Shown here one piece after another: positions 40,885 through 49,939 of a stretch of 64,000 nt of DNA. Location: contig JBGAQA010000027.1 of assembly GCA_044220955.1 (NCBI GenBank), positions 1 through 64,000 on the forward strand, in the 5' to 3' direction. Position numbers and translations under genes: made by a program. The DNA comes from Sandaracinaceae bacterium. GTDB lineage: Bacteria > Myxococcota_A > Polyangia > Polyangiales > Sandaracinaceae. How positions within the stretch are numbered: position 1 is the first letter of the stretch; every line of letters begins with the position of its first letter. Under the pieces are notes generated by a model. The model was given only the letters and a program-made list of their open reading frames with translations. It was not told the origin of the DNA and made no database searches.

Positions 40885-42663
40885 TCACAGGGTCTCGAGG
40901 AACGCGGTGAGCGGATCGATTCGCTCGGCGATGGCGTCGAAGCCGACCACGTGGGCGTCGATCCCGCCGGCCACGCGCGGGTCGGGGGCGAGCATCCGGA
41001 TGCGCGCGTAGTGGTCCACGACGTCGCGCAGGCGCGCGAAGGTGCCCGCGTGTCCATAGGGTGCGGTGCGCGAGAGCGCGCGGAGCGTGGGCGTCCGGAA
41101 CGCGCCGAGGGTGGAGGGGTCGAACGCGCCGACTCCGGCCAGCGGGTCGGGCGCGCCGGGGTCGTCCGAGAAGGCGCCCTGCCTGCGGAACGGCGAGGCG
41201 CTCAGCGTGGCGAGCGCGGCGGCGCGGCCGGTGTCGAGCGTCGCGCCGGTCCCGGCGCCCGGCATCGCGATGGCGTGGAAGGCCGAGTCGCTCATCGCCG
41301 GGCCGTGGTGGCAGTCGGCGCAGCCCTCGAGGACGAACTCGTGAAGGCCGTCGCGCTCGAGCTCCGTGAGCGCGCTCGTGTCTCCCGCGACGTAGTCGTC
41401 GAAGCGGGTGCGAGGGGGCGCGAGCGTACGCTCGTAGGCCTCGATGGCCTTGCCGACGTCGGTGAAGACGCGCGTCACCAGCGCCTGGTCGGCGGCGCTC
41501 ATCGACTCCCAGGCGGGATCTCCCGGCGCGCCCGCGGCCGGAAAGCGCGTCGCGTCGGAGAGATCGGGCATCGCGCCGAACACGGCCTCGAAGGAGGCGC
41601 GGTGCGCTACGGCCACGCGGTGCGCGACGACCAGCCGGCTCGAGCCCATCTCCCGCGCGTTCTCCACCGGTCCGAGCGCCTGGGCCCAGAGCGAGTCCAC
41701 GCGCCCGTCCCAGAAAGGCCAGCGGACGAACGCCGAGGCGTAGAGCGTCGGCGTGTGGCGGGTCACGTCCGCCACGCCGTGACCGAGGGCGCGCGCGTCG
41801 CCGAAGCCCTGCGCCGGATCGTGACACGTCGCGCAGGCGACGCCGGCAGGCGAGAGGCCCGTGTCGGCGAAGAGGGCGGCTCCGAGGGCGGCGGCGGCGG
41901 GATCGTCGGCGCGCGCGTTCGAGAGATCGGGCGGCGGCGTGGCTGGATACGCCATGCCCTCGATCAGATCCCACTCGTCCTCGCTGAACCGGCCGTCGAC
42001 CAGCGTCGGCGAATATGGTCCCGGCGCCGGCGAGGCGTCCAGCATCGAGAGCACGACGTCGATGGTCTGCTCGAGCTGACCGGCCCGCGCGCCGAAGAGC
42101 AGGCGCAGCAGGCGCAGCGAGCGCGCGTCGATGATCGCGATCGCAGGCAGGCGAGCGCCCGCGCTCGTCAGCGACGCGAACGTCTCGTCCGGATCGAGGC
42201 CGACGACGTCTGGCATCACGTCGTAGAGCGGGCTCGCGGCGGCGAGCGATCGCACCTGCGCCGGCAGGGCGTCTTCGTCCTCGAGGACCAGGTCGACGAA
42301 GTGCAGCCGCGCTCGCTCGGGGTGCGAGAGTAGGCGCGAGGTGTGCCCGAGGTGCCATCGGGAGTGGCCGGACCAGAGCGCGATCTCGCGGACGACGATC
42401 AGCTCGGCCCGCGGCGCGCAAGGGACGTGGAAGTCCGTGAGGGAGGCGCTCCCGTCCGCGGTGGTGAAGGTGAGGTCGGGCAAGAGCGCGCCTGCGGCCA
42501 CGCGACGCTCGCCCGGGAGCTCGCCGGCCGTGGCGGCGCACGCGGCGTCGGGCGCCGGGGCGGCGTCGGAACCGCCGTCGCCAGGGGCCGCGTCGCTCGG
42601 CACGGGCGCCGCCTGGCAGGCCAGCAGCGCGGTCACGAGCAGCACGAGCCATCTCCTGGGCAT
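40885..42663 (-). CDS. Di-heme cytochrome c peroxidase/MauG family lipoprotein with N-terminal thioredoxin-like domain
   Basis: Lipobox LLAC; heme motifs CATCH and CADCH; FWDGRVDSLWAQALGP; FRTPTLR..TAPYGHAG. Confidence 0.9.
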   Translation of the reverse strand: MPRRWLVLLVTALLACQAAPVPSDAAPGDGGSDAAPAPDAACAATAGELPGERRVAAGALLPDLTFTTADGSASLTDFHVPCAPRAELIVVREIALWSGHSRWHLGHTSRLLSHPERARLHFVDLVLEDEDALPAQVRSLAAASPLYDVMPDVVGLDPDETFASLTSAGARLPAIAIIDARSLRLLRLLFGARAGQLEQTIDVVLSMLDASPAPGPYSPTLVDGRFSEDEWDLIEGMAYPATPPPDLSNARADDPAAAALGAALFADTGLSPAGVACATCHDPAQGFGDARALGHGVADVTRHTPTLYASAFVRWPFWDGRVDSLWAQALGPVENAREMGSSRLVVAHRVAVAHRASFEAVFGAMPDLSDATRFPAAGAPGDPAWESMSAADQALVTRVFTDVGKAIEAYERTLAPPRTRFDDYVAGDTSALTELERDGLHEFVLEGCADCHHGPAMSDSAFHAIAMPGAGTGATLDTGRAAALATLSASPFRRQGAFSDDPGAPDPLAGVGAFDPSTLGAFRTPTLRALSRTAPYGHAGTFARLRDVVDHYARIRMLAPDPRVAGGIDAHVVGFDAIAERIDPLTAFLETL

Positions 42664-42707
42664 CGCGCCGAGCTTGCCACGCGGCGCCGCGGTAGGCTGC
42701 GTGGGTC

Positions 42708-45518
42708 ATGAGCATCCTCGATCGCGCGGCGCGATTCCTCGATGACGTGCTCCTGCTCCCGGAGGAGCTGCGCACGCGCGTCGAGCGGGCCGAGCAGGCG
42801 CTCGCCGAGGGGCGGGCGGCCGACGCCGAGCGGGGCTTCCGCGCCGCGCTGGAGGCGCGCCCGGGCCTGCATCGCGCGCAGGTCGGCTGGGCGCGCGCGC
42901 TCCTCGGGTCGGGCGAGGTCGAGAGCGCGCGCATCGCCATCGCGGAGGCGCGCCTGACGGACCCGGAGGATCCGGCGCTCGCGGTTCTGGCCGGTCGCAT
43001 CGCGCTCGAGGCGGGGGACGTCGCGACCGCGATCGTGGCCTCGCGCGAGGCACTCCGACGCCTGGCGCCGGACCAGGGCGCGCTCGTCGCCGAGGCCTGC
43101 GTCGTGCGCGCGCGTGCCGAGTGGCGTCGGGGACGCCCGGACCGTGCGGTGCGCGAGCTACGCAAGGCGATCGCCGCCGCGGGCGAGCGCGCGACCGAGC
43201 TACCCATCGAGCTGGTCGAGGCGCTCGTCGACGCGGGCGAGGTCTCGCAGGCCGTGCGGACGGCGCGCGGGCTCGTCTCCCGGGAGCTGTCCGACGTGCT
43301 GGCGCGGCGGCTCGGTCTCGCGCTCACGAAGGCAGGGGAGAGCGAGCTCGCCCAGGCTCTCTTGTCTCGGGCCGCAGCACAGGGTGACACCGAGGCGCTC
43401 GCCGCGTCGGCACGCCTGCACGTCGCGCGCGGCGACCTCGAGACCGCGCAGGCGCAGGCGCGGATGGCGGTGGCGCGGGGCGGCGGCGCCGGGGCGCTCG
43501 TGCTCCTGGCCGACGTGCTCGAGCGCTCCGGGCGCGAGGCCGAGGCCGCCGAGGCGCTCCACACGGCGGCCGCGAGCAGGACGCCGGTCGATCGAGGTCT
43601 GCTCGTGCGCGCCGCGTCGCTCGTCCCGCTCACCGACGCTGGCGAGGTCGTGCGCTACGCGGACGCCCTCTCCGCGCTCGTCCCGCCCGAGCCGCTCGCG
43701 GACGCGCTCCGGGCGGCCGCCCTCGTGCTGAGCGGCGATCCCGCGGCGGCCGCGCTCCTCGAGCGCCACGGGACGACGAGCGCGCGCGCCTCGATCGCCG
43801 ACGCGCTCACGCTCGTGCGCGGCGGTCGCACGCTCGAGGCCCTCGCCGCCCTCGATCGCGCCGAGCTCGATCCCGCCCTGCGTCCGGTCGGCAGCGACCG
43901 CGCGCTGCATGCGGCGCTGCGACGCGAGGCCCTGCGCGCGCTCTGGACCCGCAAGGACGGCGAGGTCGATCTCGCGGCGGCCATCGACGGCGCCTCGACG
44001 TTCGCGCGCGAGCGCGGGCTTCCGGATCTCGAGCGGCGTGCGCAAGGCCTGCGCGACGAGCTCGATCGGCCGCTCCTGCTCGCCATCCTCGGCGAGTTCA
44101 ACGCGGGCAAGAGCACGCTCGTCAACGCCATCGTCGGCGCGGACGTCGCGCCCACGGGCATCCTGCCGACGACGGCGACGCTGAACCTCCTGCGCGGCGG
44201 CGCCGAGCGCCGCGTGCGCGTCGTGCGCAAGGACGGCACCACGCGCGAGGGCAGCTACGGCGACGTGAAGCTCCTGCTCGCCGACGCCGAGACCGAGGGC
44301 GCGATCGTCGATCACGTCGAGATCGTGCTCCCCTCGGAGCTGCTCGAGCGGGTCTGGATCCTCGACACGCCCGGGAGCAACGCGCCGCACCCCGAGCACG
44401 AGGCGCTCGCTCGCGAGGCGCTCCACCGCGCGGACGCGGCCCTCTGGATCTTCGACGCGGGCCAGGCGGGCAAGGCGACCGAGGGGCGCGTGCTCGAGAG
44501 CATCGTGAAGAGCCGCCGCGAGGTCGTCGCGGCGCTCAACAAGGTCGACCGCCTGCGCGGCACCGAGCTCGAACAGGTCATCGACGCGCTGGCTCGCGAC
44601 GTGCCCGCGCTGCGCACCAACGCCCCCGTGGCGCTCTCGGCGCGCGCCGCGTTCAAGGCCCGCGTCGCCAGCGACGAGGCGGCGCTGCGCCAGAGCGGCT
44701 TCTCGGCGCTGATGGACACGCTCGAGCGCGCGGTGTTCTCGCGCTCGCGCGAGCTGAAGCACCGGGCATGCGCCGGTCGCCTCTCGCAGCTGCTCGACGA
44801 GGCCCTGGCGACCGAGCCGGGCGCGCTGGCCGTCTTCGAGGAGCGAGCGCGGGCCCTCGGCGCGGCCGCCAAGCGCATCGCGGCCACGGAAGGGGCGGTG
44901 TCGGCAGACCTGGAGCAGGCGATCGAGGCGATCGAGGCCGGTCAGTCGCAGGCGTTCGTGGACGCCGCGCGTGAGGTGCTCTCTTTCGTTCGACCGCGGA
45001 CCAGCCGGCTCGGCACCCATGCCACCGACCCGGAGGACCGCGCGTTTCTGCGGGACGCGATCCAGGCGCGCCTCGAGCTCGCCGCGGAGCGTGCCGGCGG
45101 CGAGCTCGTCGACGCGATCGTGCGGCGTCTCGACGAGGCCGCGAGCGGGACCGACGTGGCGGCGACGGTCCGGCTGCGGGCACGCGCCGCGATAGGGCCC
45201 CCGCTCGCGGCGCTCGCCGGTCACCAGGCGGGTCTGCTCGCGGGAGGCGCGCTGCGGCGCTTCTTCGACGAGATCCTGCCGACGGCGGAGCTCGAGGTCA
45301 CCGGCATCGCCGAGGCCCTCTCGGCGGCGCGCGCGCACCCGCGGGAGCTGCTGCGGCCCCCGCTCGAGACCAGCCTCGCCGAGCTGCTCCGCGGGCTCGC
45401 CCAGGAGGCGGAGGCCGCCGCCCGCGAGTCACTCGTGCTGCGCGACCGCGAGCGCTCACGCACCTACACGCCGCTTCGCACGCTGCGCGAGGCGCTCACC
45501 GAGCTCATCGGTACCTGA
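42708..45518 (+). CDS. TPR-repeat dynamin-family GTPase
   Basis: G1 GEFNAGKST, G2 PTT, G3 DTPG, G4 NKVD; about 440-aa N-terminal TPR-like helical region. Confidence 0.87.
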   Translation: MSILDRAARFLDDVLLLPEELRTRVERAEQALAEGRAADAERGFRAALEARPGLHRAQVGWARALLGSGEVESARIAIAEARLTDPEDPALAVLAGRIALEAGDVATAIVASREALRRLAPDQGALVAEACVVRARAEWRRGRPDRAVRELRKAIAAAGERATELPIELVEALVDAGEVSQAVRTARGLVSRELSDVLARRLGLALTKAGESELAQALLSRAAAQGDTEALAASARLHVARGDLETAQAQARMAVARGGGAGALVLLADVLERSGREAEAAEALHTAAASRTPVDRGLLVRAASLVPLTDAGEVVRYADALSALVPPEPLADALRAAALVLSGDPAAAALLERHGTTSARASIADALTLVRGGRTLEALAALDRAELDPALRPVGSDRALHAALRREALRALWTRKDGEVDLAAAIDGASTFARERGLPDLERRAQGLRDELDRPLLLAILGEFNAGKSTLVNAIVGADVAPTGILPTTATLNLLRGGAERRVRVVRKDGTTREGSYGDVKLLLADAETEGAIVDHVEIVLPSELLERVWILDTPGSNAPHPEHEALAREALHRADAALWIFDAGQAGKATEGRVLESIVKSRREVVAALNKVDRLRGTELEQVIDALARDVPALRTNAPVALSARAAFKARVASDEAALRQSGFSALMDTLERAVFSRSRELKHRACAGRLSQLLDEALATEPGALAVFEERARALGAAAKRIAATEGAVSADLEQAIEAIEAGQSQAFVDAAREVLSFVRPRTSRLGTHATDPEDRAFLRDAIQARLELAAERAGGELVDAIVRRLDEAASGTDVAATVRLRARAAIGPPLAALAGHQAGLLAGGALRRFFDEILPTAELEVTGIAEALSAARAHPRELLRPPLETSLAELLRGLAQEAEAAARESLVLRDRERSRTYTPLRTLREALTELIGT

Positions 45519-45636
45519 TCGATCGAGCGGCGCGCCACGCGAAGCACTGCGGCCCGTCACGATCCGATGCAAATACGGTTCCCTTGTCCGGAAGGGATCA
45601 CTATCATTCAGGTTTAGGTACCCCAGGCAGACACCG

Positions 45637-47133
45637 ATGGAGATCAAGCAGCAGCTCCGCCAGTCCCAGCAGCTCGTGATGACGCCGCAGCTGCAGCAGG
45701 CCATCAAGCTGCTGCAGATGTCGCGCATGGAGCTGGTGGACATGGTCCGCGAGGAGATGCTCGAGAACCCGATCCTCGAGGACCAGGCCGAGACGGGGGA
45801 GGTCTCCCCGGCGCCCGTCGTCGAGAACCAGGTCAACGCCGAGACGCACACGATCGACGCTGCCGTGGCCCAGGACGACCGGGCGAGCGAGCAGAACGCC
45901 TCGGCTTCCGAGAAGAAGGTCGACGAGATCGACTGGGAGCGATACCTCGAGAACCACGCGATGCAGGCGCCGATGCCCTCGGGCGGCCGCATGTCGGACG
46001 AAGATCTGCCCGGCGTCGAGGCCACGCTCACCAAGCGCGAGGATCTGGTCGAGCACCTGGCCTGGCAGATCCGGATGGCCGACTTCAACGACGAGGAGCT
46101 GAAGTTCGCCGCCCTCGTCATCGGCAACCTCGACGACAACGGCTACCTGAAGCTCGACGCGGTGCCTCCCGAGGAGGAGGTCCCCAAGGACCAGATCGTC
46201 CCGCGGCTGGCCGCCGAGGCGGGCCTCGACCCCGAGGACGCCGAGGAGGTCCTGAAGATCATCCAGAAGATGGACCCCATCGGCGTCGGCTCGCGGGACC
46301 TGCGCGAGTGCCTGATGGTGCAGGCCGAGCTGCACGGCATGGACCCGCTCGTCATCCAGGTGCTGGACCAGCACGTGCCGAACCTCGAGCGGAAGAACTA
46401 CGCCGCCATCGCGCGTGATCTCAAGGTGGCCGTCGAAGAGATCTACGACGTCGCCCAGGTGATCGCGGACCTGGAGCCGCGCCCCGGCCGTGACTACGTC
46501 TCGGAAGAGCCTCGCTACATCGTGCCGGACGTCTACGTGCTCAAGATGGCCGACAAGTACGTCGTCCAGGCGAACGACGACGGCATGCCACGCCTCAAGA
46601 TCAGCGGCTTCTACCGCGCCGCGATGCAGGGCGACCCGAAGGCCAAGGAGTACATCCAGACCAAGCTCCGCTCGGCCCAGTGGCTGATCCGCAGCATCGA
46701 CCAGCGCCGCAAGACGATCGTCCGCGTCACCGAGTGCATCGTGGACAAGCAGCGCGAGTTCTTCGACCTCGGCATCGAGTACCTCAAGCCGATGATCCTG
46801 CGTGACGTCGCCGAGACGGTCGGCATGCACGAGAGCACCATCTCTCGCGTCACGAGCAACAAGTACGTCGCCACGCCCCGCGGCGTGTTCGAGCTGAAGT
46901 ACTTCTTCAACTCGGCCATCCGTCGCGAGACGCAGGAGGACATCGCCTCCGAGAGCGTGAAGCAGGCGATCAAGAAGATCATCTCGGAGGAGGACACCTC
47001 CGATCCACACAGTGATCAGAAGATCGTGGAGATCCTCGCCCAGCAGGACATCGTGATCGCGCGGCGCACCGTCGCGAAGTACCGCGAGATGCTCGGCATC
47101 CTCAGCTCGGGTAAGCGCAAGAAATACTTCTAA
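45637..47133 (+). CDS. rpoN: RNA polymerase sigma-54 factor
   Basis: MTPQLQQAIKLLQ, MHESTISRVT and RpoN box ARRTVAKYRE. Confidence 0.99.
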   Translation: MEIKQQLRQSQQLVMTPQLQQAIKLLQMSRMELVDMVREEMLENPILEDQAETGEVSPAPVVENQVNAETHTIDAAVAQDDRASEQNASASEKKVDEIDWERYLENHAMQAPMPSGGRMSDEDLPGVEATLTKREDLVEHLAWQIRMADFNDEELKFAALVIGNLDDNGYLKLDAVPPEEEVPKDQIVPRLAAEAGLDPEDAEEVLKIIQKMDPIGVGSRDLRECLMVQAELHGMDPLVIQVLDQHVPNLERKNYAAIARDLKVAVEEIYDVAQVIADLEPRPGRDYVSEEPRYIVPDVYVLKMADKYVVQANDDGMPRLKISGFYRAAMQGDPKAKEYIQTKLRSAQWLIRSIDQRRKTIVRVTECIVDKQREFFDLGIEYLKPMILRDVAETVGMHESTISRVTSNKYVATPRGVFELKYFFNSAIRRETQEDIASESVKQAIKKIISEEDTSDPHSDQKIVEILAQQDIVIARRTVAKYREMLGILSSGKRKKYF

Positions 47134-47174
47134 CGATCCAGCGAAGATCCATTCACCAGAAAGGGAGAGCGCAT

Positions 47175-47531
47175 ATGGAGGTCGCGTTCACGTTCCGCAA
47201 CGTCGAGTCGTCCGAGGGCGTCAAGACGTATGCGAAGGACAAGCTCGCGCGTCTTCAGAAGTACGTCCGCTCGCCGATCATGGCCGACGTGGTCCTGTCG
47301 CACGAGCGGCACCTGCACAAGGTCGAGATCTCCGTCCGGTCGGACGCCGGGCGCTACGCGGGACTGCACGAGTCCGAGGACATGTACGCCAGCATCGATC
47401 TGGTGATCGACAAGCTCGACCGCCAGCTCCGCGACCACAGCGATCGCAACGCCACCGACCGCAAGAAGCACTCGGGCGGCGTGACGCAGCTCAGCGGCAA
47501 GAGCGATCGCTTCGGAAGCAACGAGCGCTAG
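47175..47531 (+). CDS. hpf: Ribosome hibernation promoting factor (short HPF)
   Basis: DMYASIDLVIDKLDRQL motif; position directly after rpoN. Confidence 0.93.
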   Translation: MEVAFTFRNVESSEGVKTYAKDKLARLQKYVRSPIMADVVLSHERHLHKVEISVRSDAGRYAGLHESEDMYASIDLVIDKLDRQLRDHSDRNATDRKKHSGGVTQLSGKSDRFGSNER

Positions 47532-47563
47532 CCGGACTTCGGGCGGGGGCTGGAACGGAACCG

Positions 47564-48028
47564 ATGAAGCTGTCGGAGATCCTCACTCTCGAACGCATCG
47601 ACACTCACCTCGACGCCCAGGACAAGCCGGACGTGCTCCGGGCGTTGTCCCGGCTGATCGTGCGCGAGGCCGCGGGCGCGACCGAGTCGCCGGCCGAGAT
47701 CGAGAAGGTGCTCGACGAGCGCGAGAAGCTCGCCTCGACGGGGATCGGAGACGGCGTCGCCATCCCGCACGGGCGCGTGGCGGGTCTCGACCACTTCGTC
47801 GCGGCGCTCGCGATCCGCCGCGAGGGCGTGCCCTTCGATGCCATCGACGGGCGGCCGGCGTCCATCTTCTTCGCGGTCGTCGGTCCCGAGCGCGCGGCCG
47901 GCGAGCACCTCAAGTGCCTCGCGCGCATCGGCCGCGTGCTCCGCGACGACGCAGTGCGCTCGCGCCTGCTCTCTGCGACCGGACCGGCGGACGCCCTCGC
48001 GATCGTGACCAGCGCCGACGGTCCCTGA
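47564..48028 (+). CDS. ptsN: PTS IIA nitrogen-regulatory protein
   Basis: EREKLASTGIGDGVAIPHG motif with the phospho-His; synteny with rpoN-hpf. Confidence 0.92.
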   Translation: MKLSEILTLERIDTHLDAQDKPDVLRALSRLIVREAAGATESPAEIEKVLDEREKLASTGIGDGVAIPHGRVAGLDHFVAALAIRREGVPFDAIDGRPASIFFAVVGPERAAGEHLKCLARIGRVLRDDAVRSRLLSATGPADALAIVTSADGP

Positions 48029-48052
48029 CCCGATCCAGGGCGATCGGCGGGG

Positions 48053-48910
48053 TCAGCGTCGCATCGGGAGCCCGAGCGCGCGCAGCGTCTCGGCGAGCGT
48101 GCGCGCCGGCACGTCGTGGTGCGGGACGCGGATGCGCGCTCCGACGACGAGCCTCGGTCCGGGCGGCGGGAAGCCCGCCGGCCACGCGGTGGGCGCGAAG
48201 ACGGCCTCGGGCGCTCGCCGCCGCGCGTCCGCGAGCAGCGCCTCCGTCCGCGTCCACGTGCGCCCGCCCGTCGCGAGCGAGACGAGGGTGCGCGGCCGTC
48301 CCTCGGTCCCCCCCGCGGCCCAGTCGAGGAAGGCGGGCCCGCCCGAGTAGAGCGCGTCGAAGAGCACGACGTTGCGGACCTCGATCCCGCCGTGGCGCAG
48401 GATCGCGAGCGTCGTCTCGAAGGCGGCGCTGTGCGCCGCGATGGTGATGCTCGCGACGGTCCGATGCGTGAGCGTCGCACCCAGCACCGGAGCGAGCGCC
48501 GCGAGCGACTCGTCGATCATGCGCGCCGCCTCGCCGGCGATCGTCAGGCGCTGAGGGGATCCGTCGCGCGCCCGCCACGCGAGCTGCGGGATGAGGAGCA
48601 CGCTGCGCGTCCCGGCGGCCTCGTGCGCGTCGGCCCAGCCGAAGCCCGGCTCTGCGCGGTCCCGCGGACGACACTGCGCGTCCGGGGCATGGCTGGCCAG
48701 CACGCGGGCGCAGCCGGAGTAGCCGTGCAGCATGACGACCAGGGCGACCGGGCCGCTCGCGTCGAGACCCTCGGGAACGTGCGCGATCGCCTCGGGCGCG
48801 TCTTGCCGGATCGTCGCGCCGTGCGCGAGGTCGAGCTCGATGGTGCGCCCCTGCGCTCCGGCCGGGGCCGCTGCCGCGAGCACGAGCAGCGCGAGCGCCG
48901 CGTGCCTCAC
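48053..48910 (-). CDS. Exported alpha/beta-hydrolase-like protein
   Basis: GTGA overlap with the FHA gene; signal ..LALLVLAAAAPAGA-Q; MLHG, AAHSAA elbow, LFDALY and PHH motifs. Confidence 0.68.
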   Translation of the reverse strand: MRHAALALLVLAAAAPAGAQGRTIELDLAHGATIRQDAPEAIAHVPEGLDASGPVALVVMLHGYSGCARVLASHAPDAQCRPRDRAEPGFGWADAHEAAGTRSVLLIPQLAWRARDGSPQRLTIAGEAARMIDESLAALAPVLGATLTHRTVASITIAAHSAAFETTLAILRHGGIEVRNVVLFDALYSGGPAFLDWAAGGTEGRPRTLVSLATGGRTWTRTEALLADARRRAPEAVFAPTAWPAGFPPPGPRLVVGARIRVPHHDVPARTLAETLRALGLPMRR

Positions 48911-49833
48911 GCCGAGACGACGCGCTGGATGCCCTCGAGCCGTTGGAGCAGGAAGCGCTCGTTCGGTCCGAGCTCGGCCTCCCTCTCGCGCATCTTGTCG
49001 AGGTAGCGGCGCATCGGCGCGCTGCCCGGATAGCGCAGCTTCCGCACGATCTCGTGGAGCTTCTCGATCTCGTCGCCTCCGAGCAGCTTGCCCGTGGCCT
49101 CGTGCACGTCGAAGACCCAGTCGATCCAGAGGTTCTTCTTCGTGCCCTCGGCGAGGCGCAGCGCGTACTTCGTGGCCTCGCTGAGCCGCGCGGGCAGCAT
49201 CGCCTGGCCCGCCTTGGCGCGGGTCAGCATGTCGGCGAGCAGGCGCGAGAGGACCCGCTCTGCCTCGTCGTAGCGACCGAGCGCGAGCGCCTTGTCGGCG
49301 ATGCTCGCGAGCAGCTGCTGCGACGCGGTCGACTCCTCCTCGACCCTGGCGGTGGGGGGCGGCGCGCTCGAGGGGGCCGTCTCGCGCGGTACGAGGCCGA
49401 GCGCCCCGAGCCCCTCGACGTTGCTCAGCGTCATCCCGACGAGCGTGGGGCTCCCACGGTGGATCGAGGCGCCGCACTTGAGACAGTTCGAGGCGCTCGG
49501 CGCGTTGGCCGTGCCGCAGTTGTCGCAACGCGACATCGACTCGCCACGGTCGGACACTTCGACCAGCACCATGTCGTGCGAGCCCACCGTCACGCGGTCG
49601 AGGTGCGAGAGGCGCGTCGGGCCCGGGATGCGGTTGCCGTTCACCACCACGCCGTTGCGGCTGCCGAGATCCTCGACCCAGACCCCGTCGCTCTTGTTGG
49701 TGATCGTGGCGTGCCGGCGCGAGACGAGCGCGTCGTCGAGCGAGAGGTTGCAGGTCGAGCTGCGCCCGATGACGAAGGCCCCGGGCGGAAGCTCGAGGTC
49801 CGAGCCCTGGTAGCGCAACCGATAGCGCGGCAC
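48907..49833 (-). CDS. FHA domain + zinc-ribbon protein
   Basis: IGRSSTCNL..VSRRHA..DLGSRNG; CDNC..CLKC; TATGAT 9 nt upstream of GTG 49833. Confidence 0.87.
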   Translation of the reverse strand: MPRYRLRYQGSDLELPPGAFVIGRSSTCNLSLDDALVSRRHATITNKSDGVWVEDLGSRNGVVVNGNRIPGPTRLSHLDRVTVGSHDMVLVEVSDRGESMSRCDNCGTANAPSASNCLKCGASIHRGSPTLVGMTLSNVEGLGALGLVPRETAPSSAPPPTARVEEESTASQQLLASIADKALALGRYDEAERVLSRLLADMLTRAKAGQAMLPARLSEATKYALRLAEGTKKNLWIDWVFDVHEATGKLLGGDEIEKLHEIVRKLRYPGSAPMRRYLDKMREREAELGPNERFLLQRLEGIQRVVSA

Positions 49834-49939
49834 GACGGGCCGATCATAGTCCACCCACGATCGGCGGGCCCCAAAAAAGCCTACGCCCCCGGTCGCATGA
49901 GCGGCCCGGGGGCGTCGTGCCGGTCTGCCGTGCCCGCGC

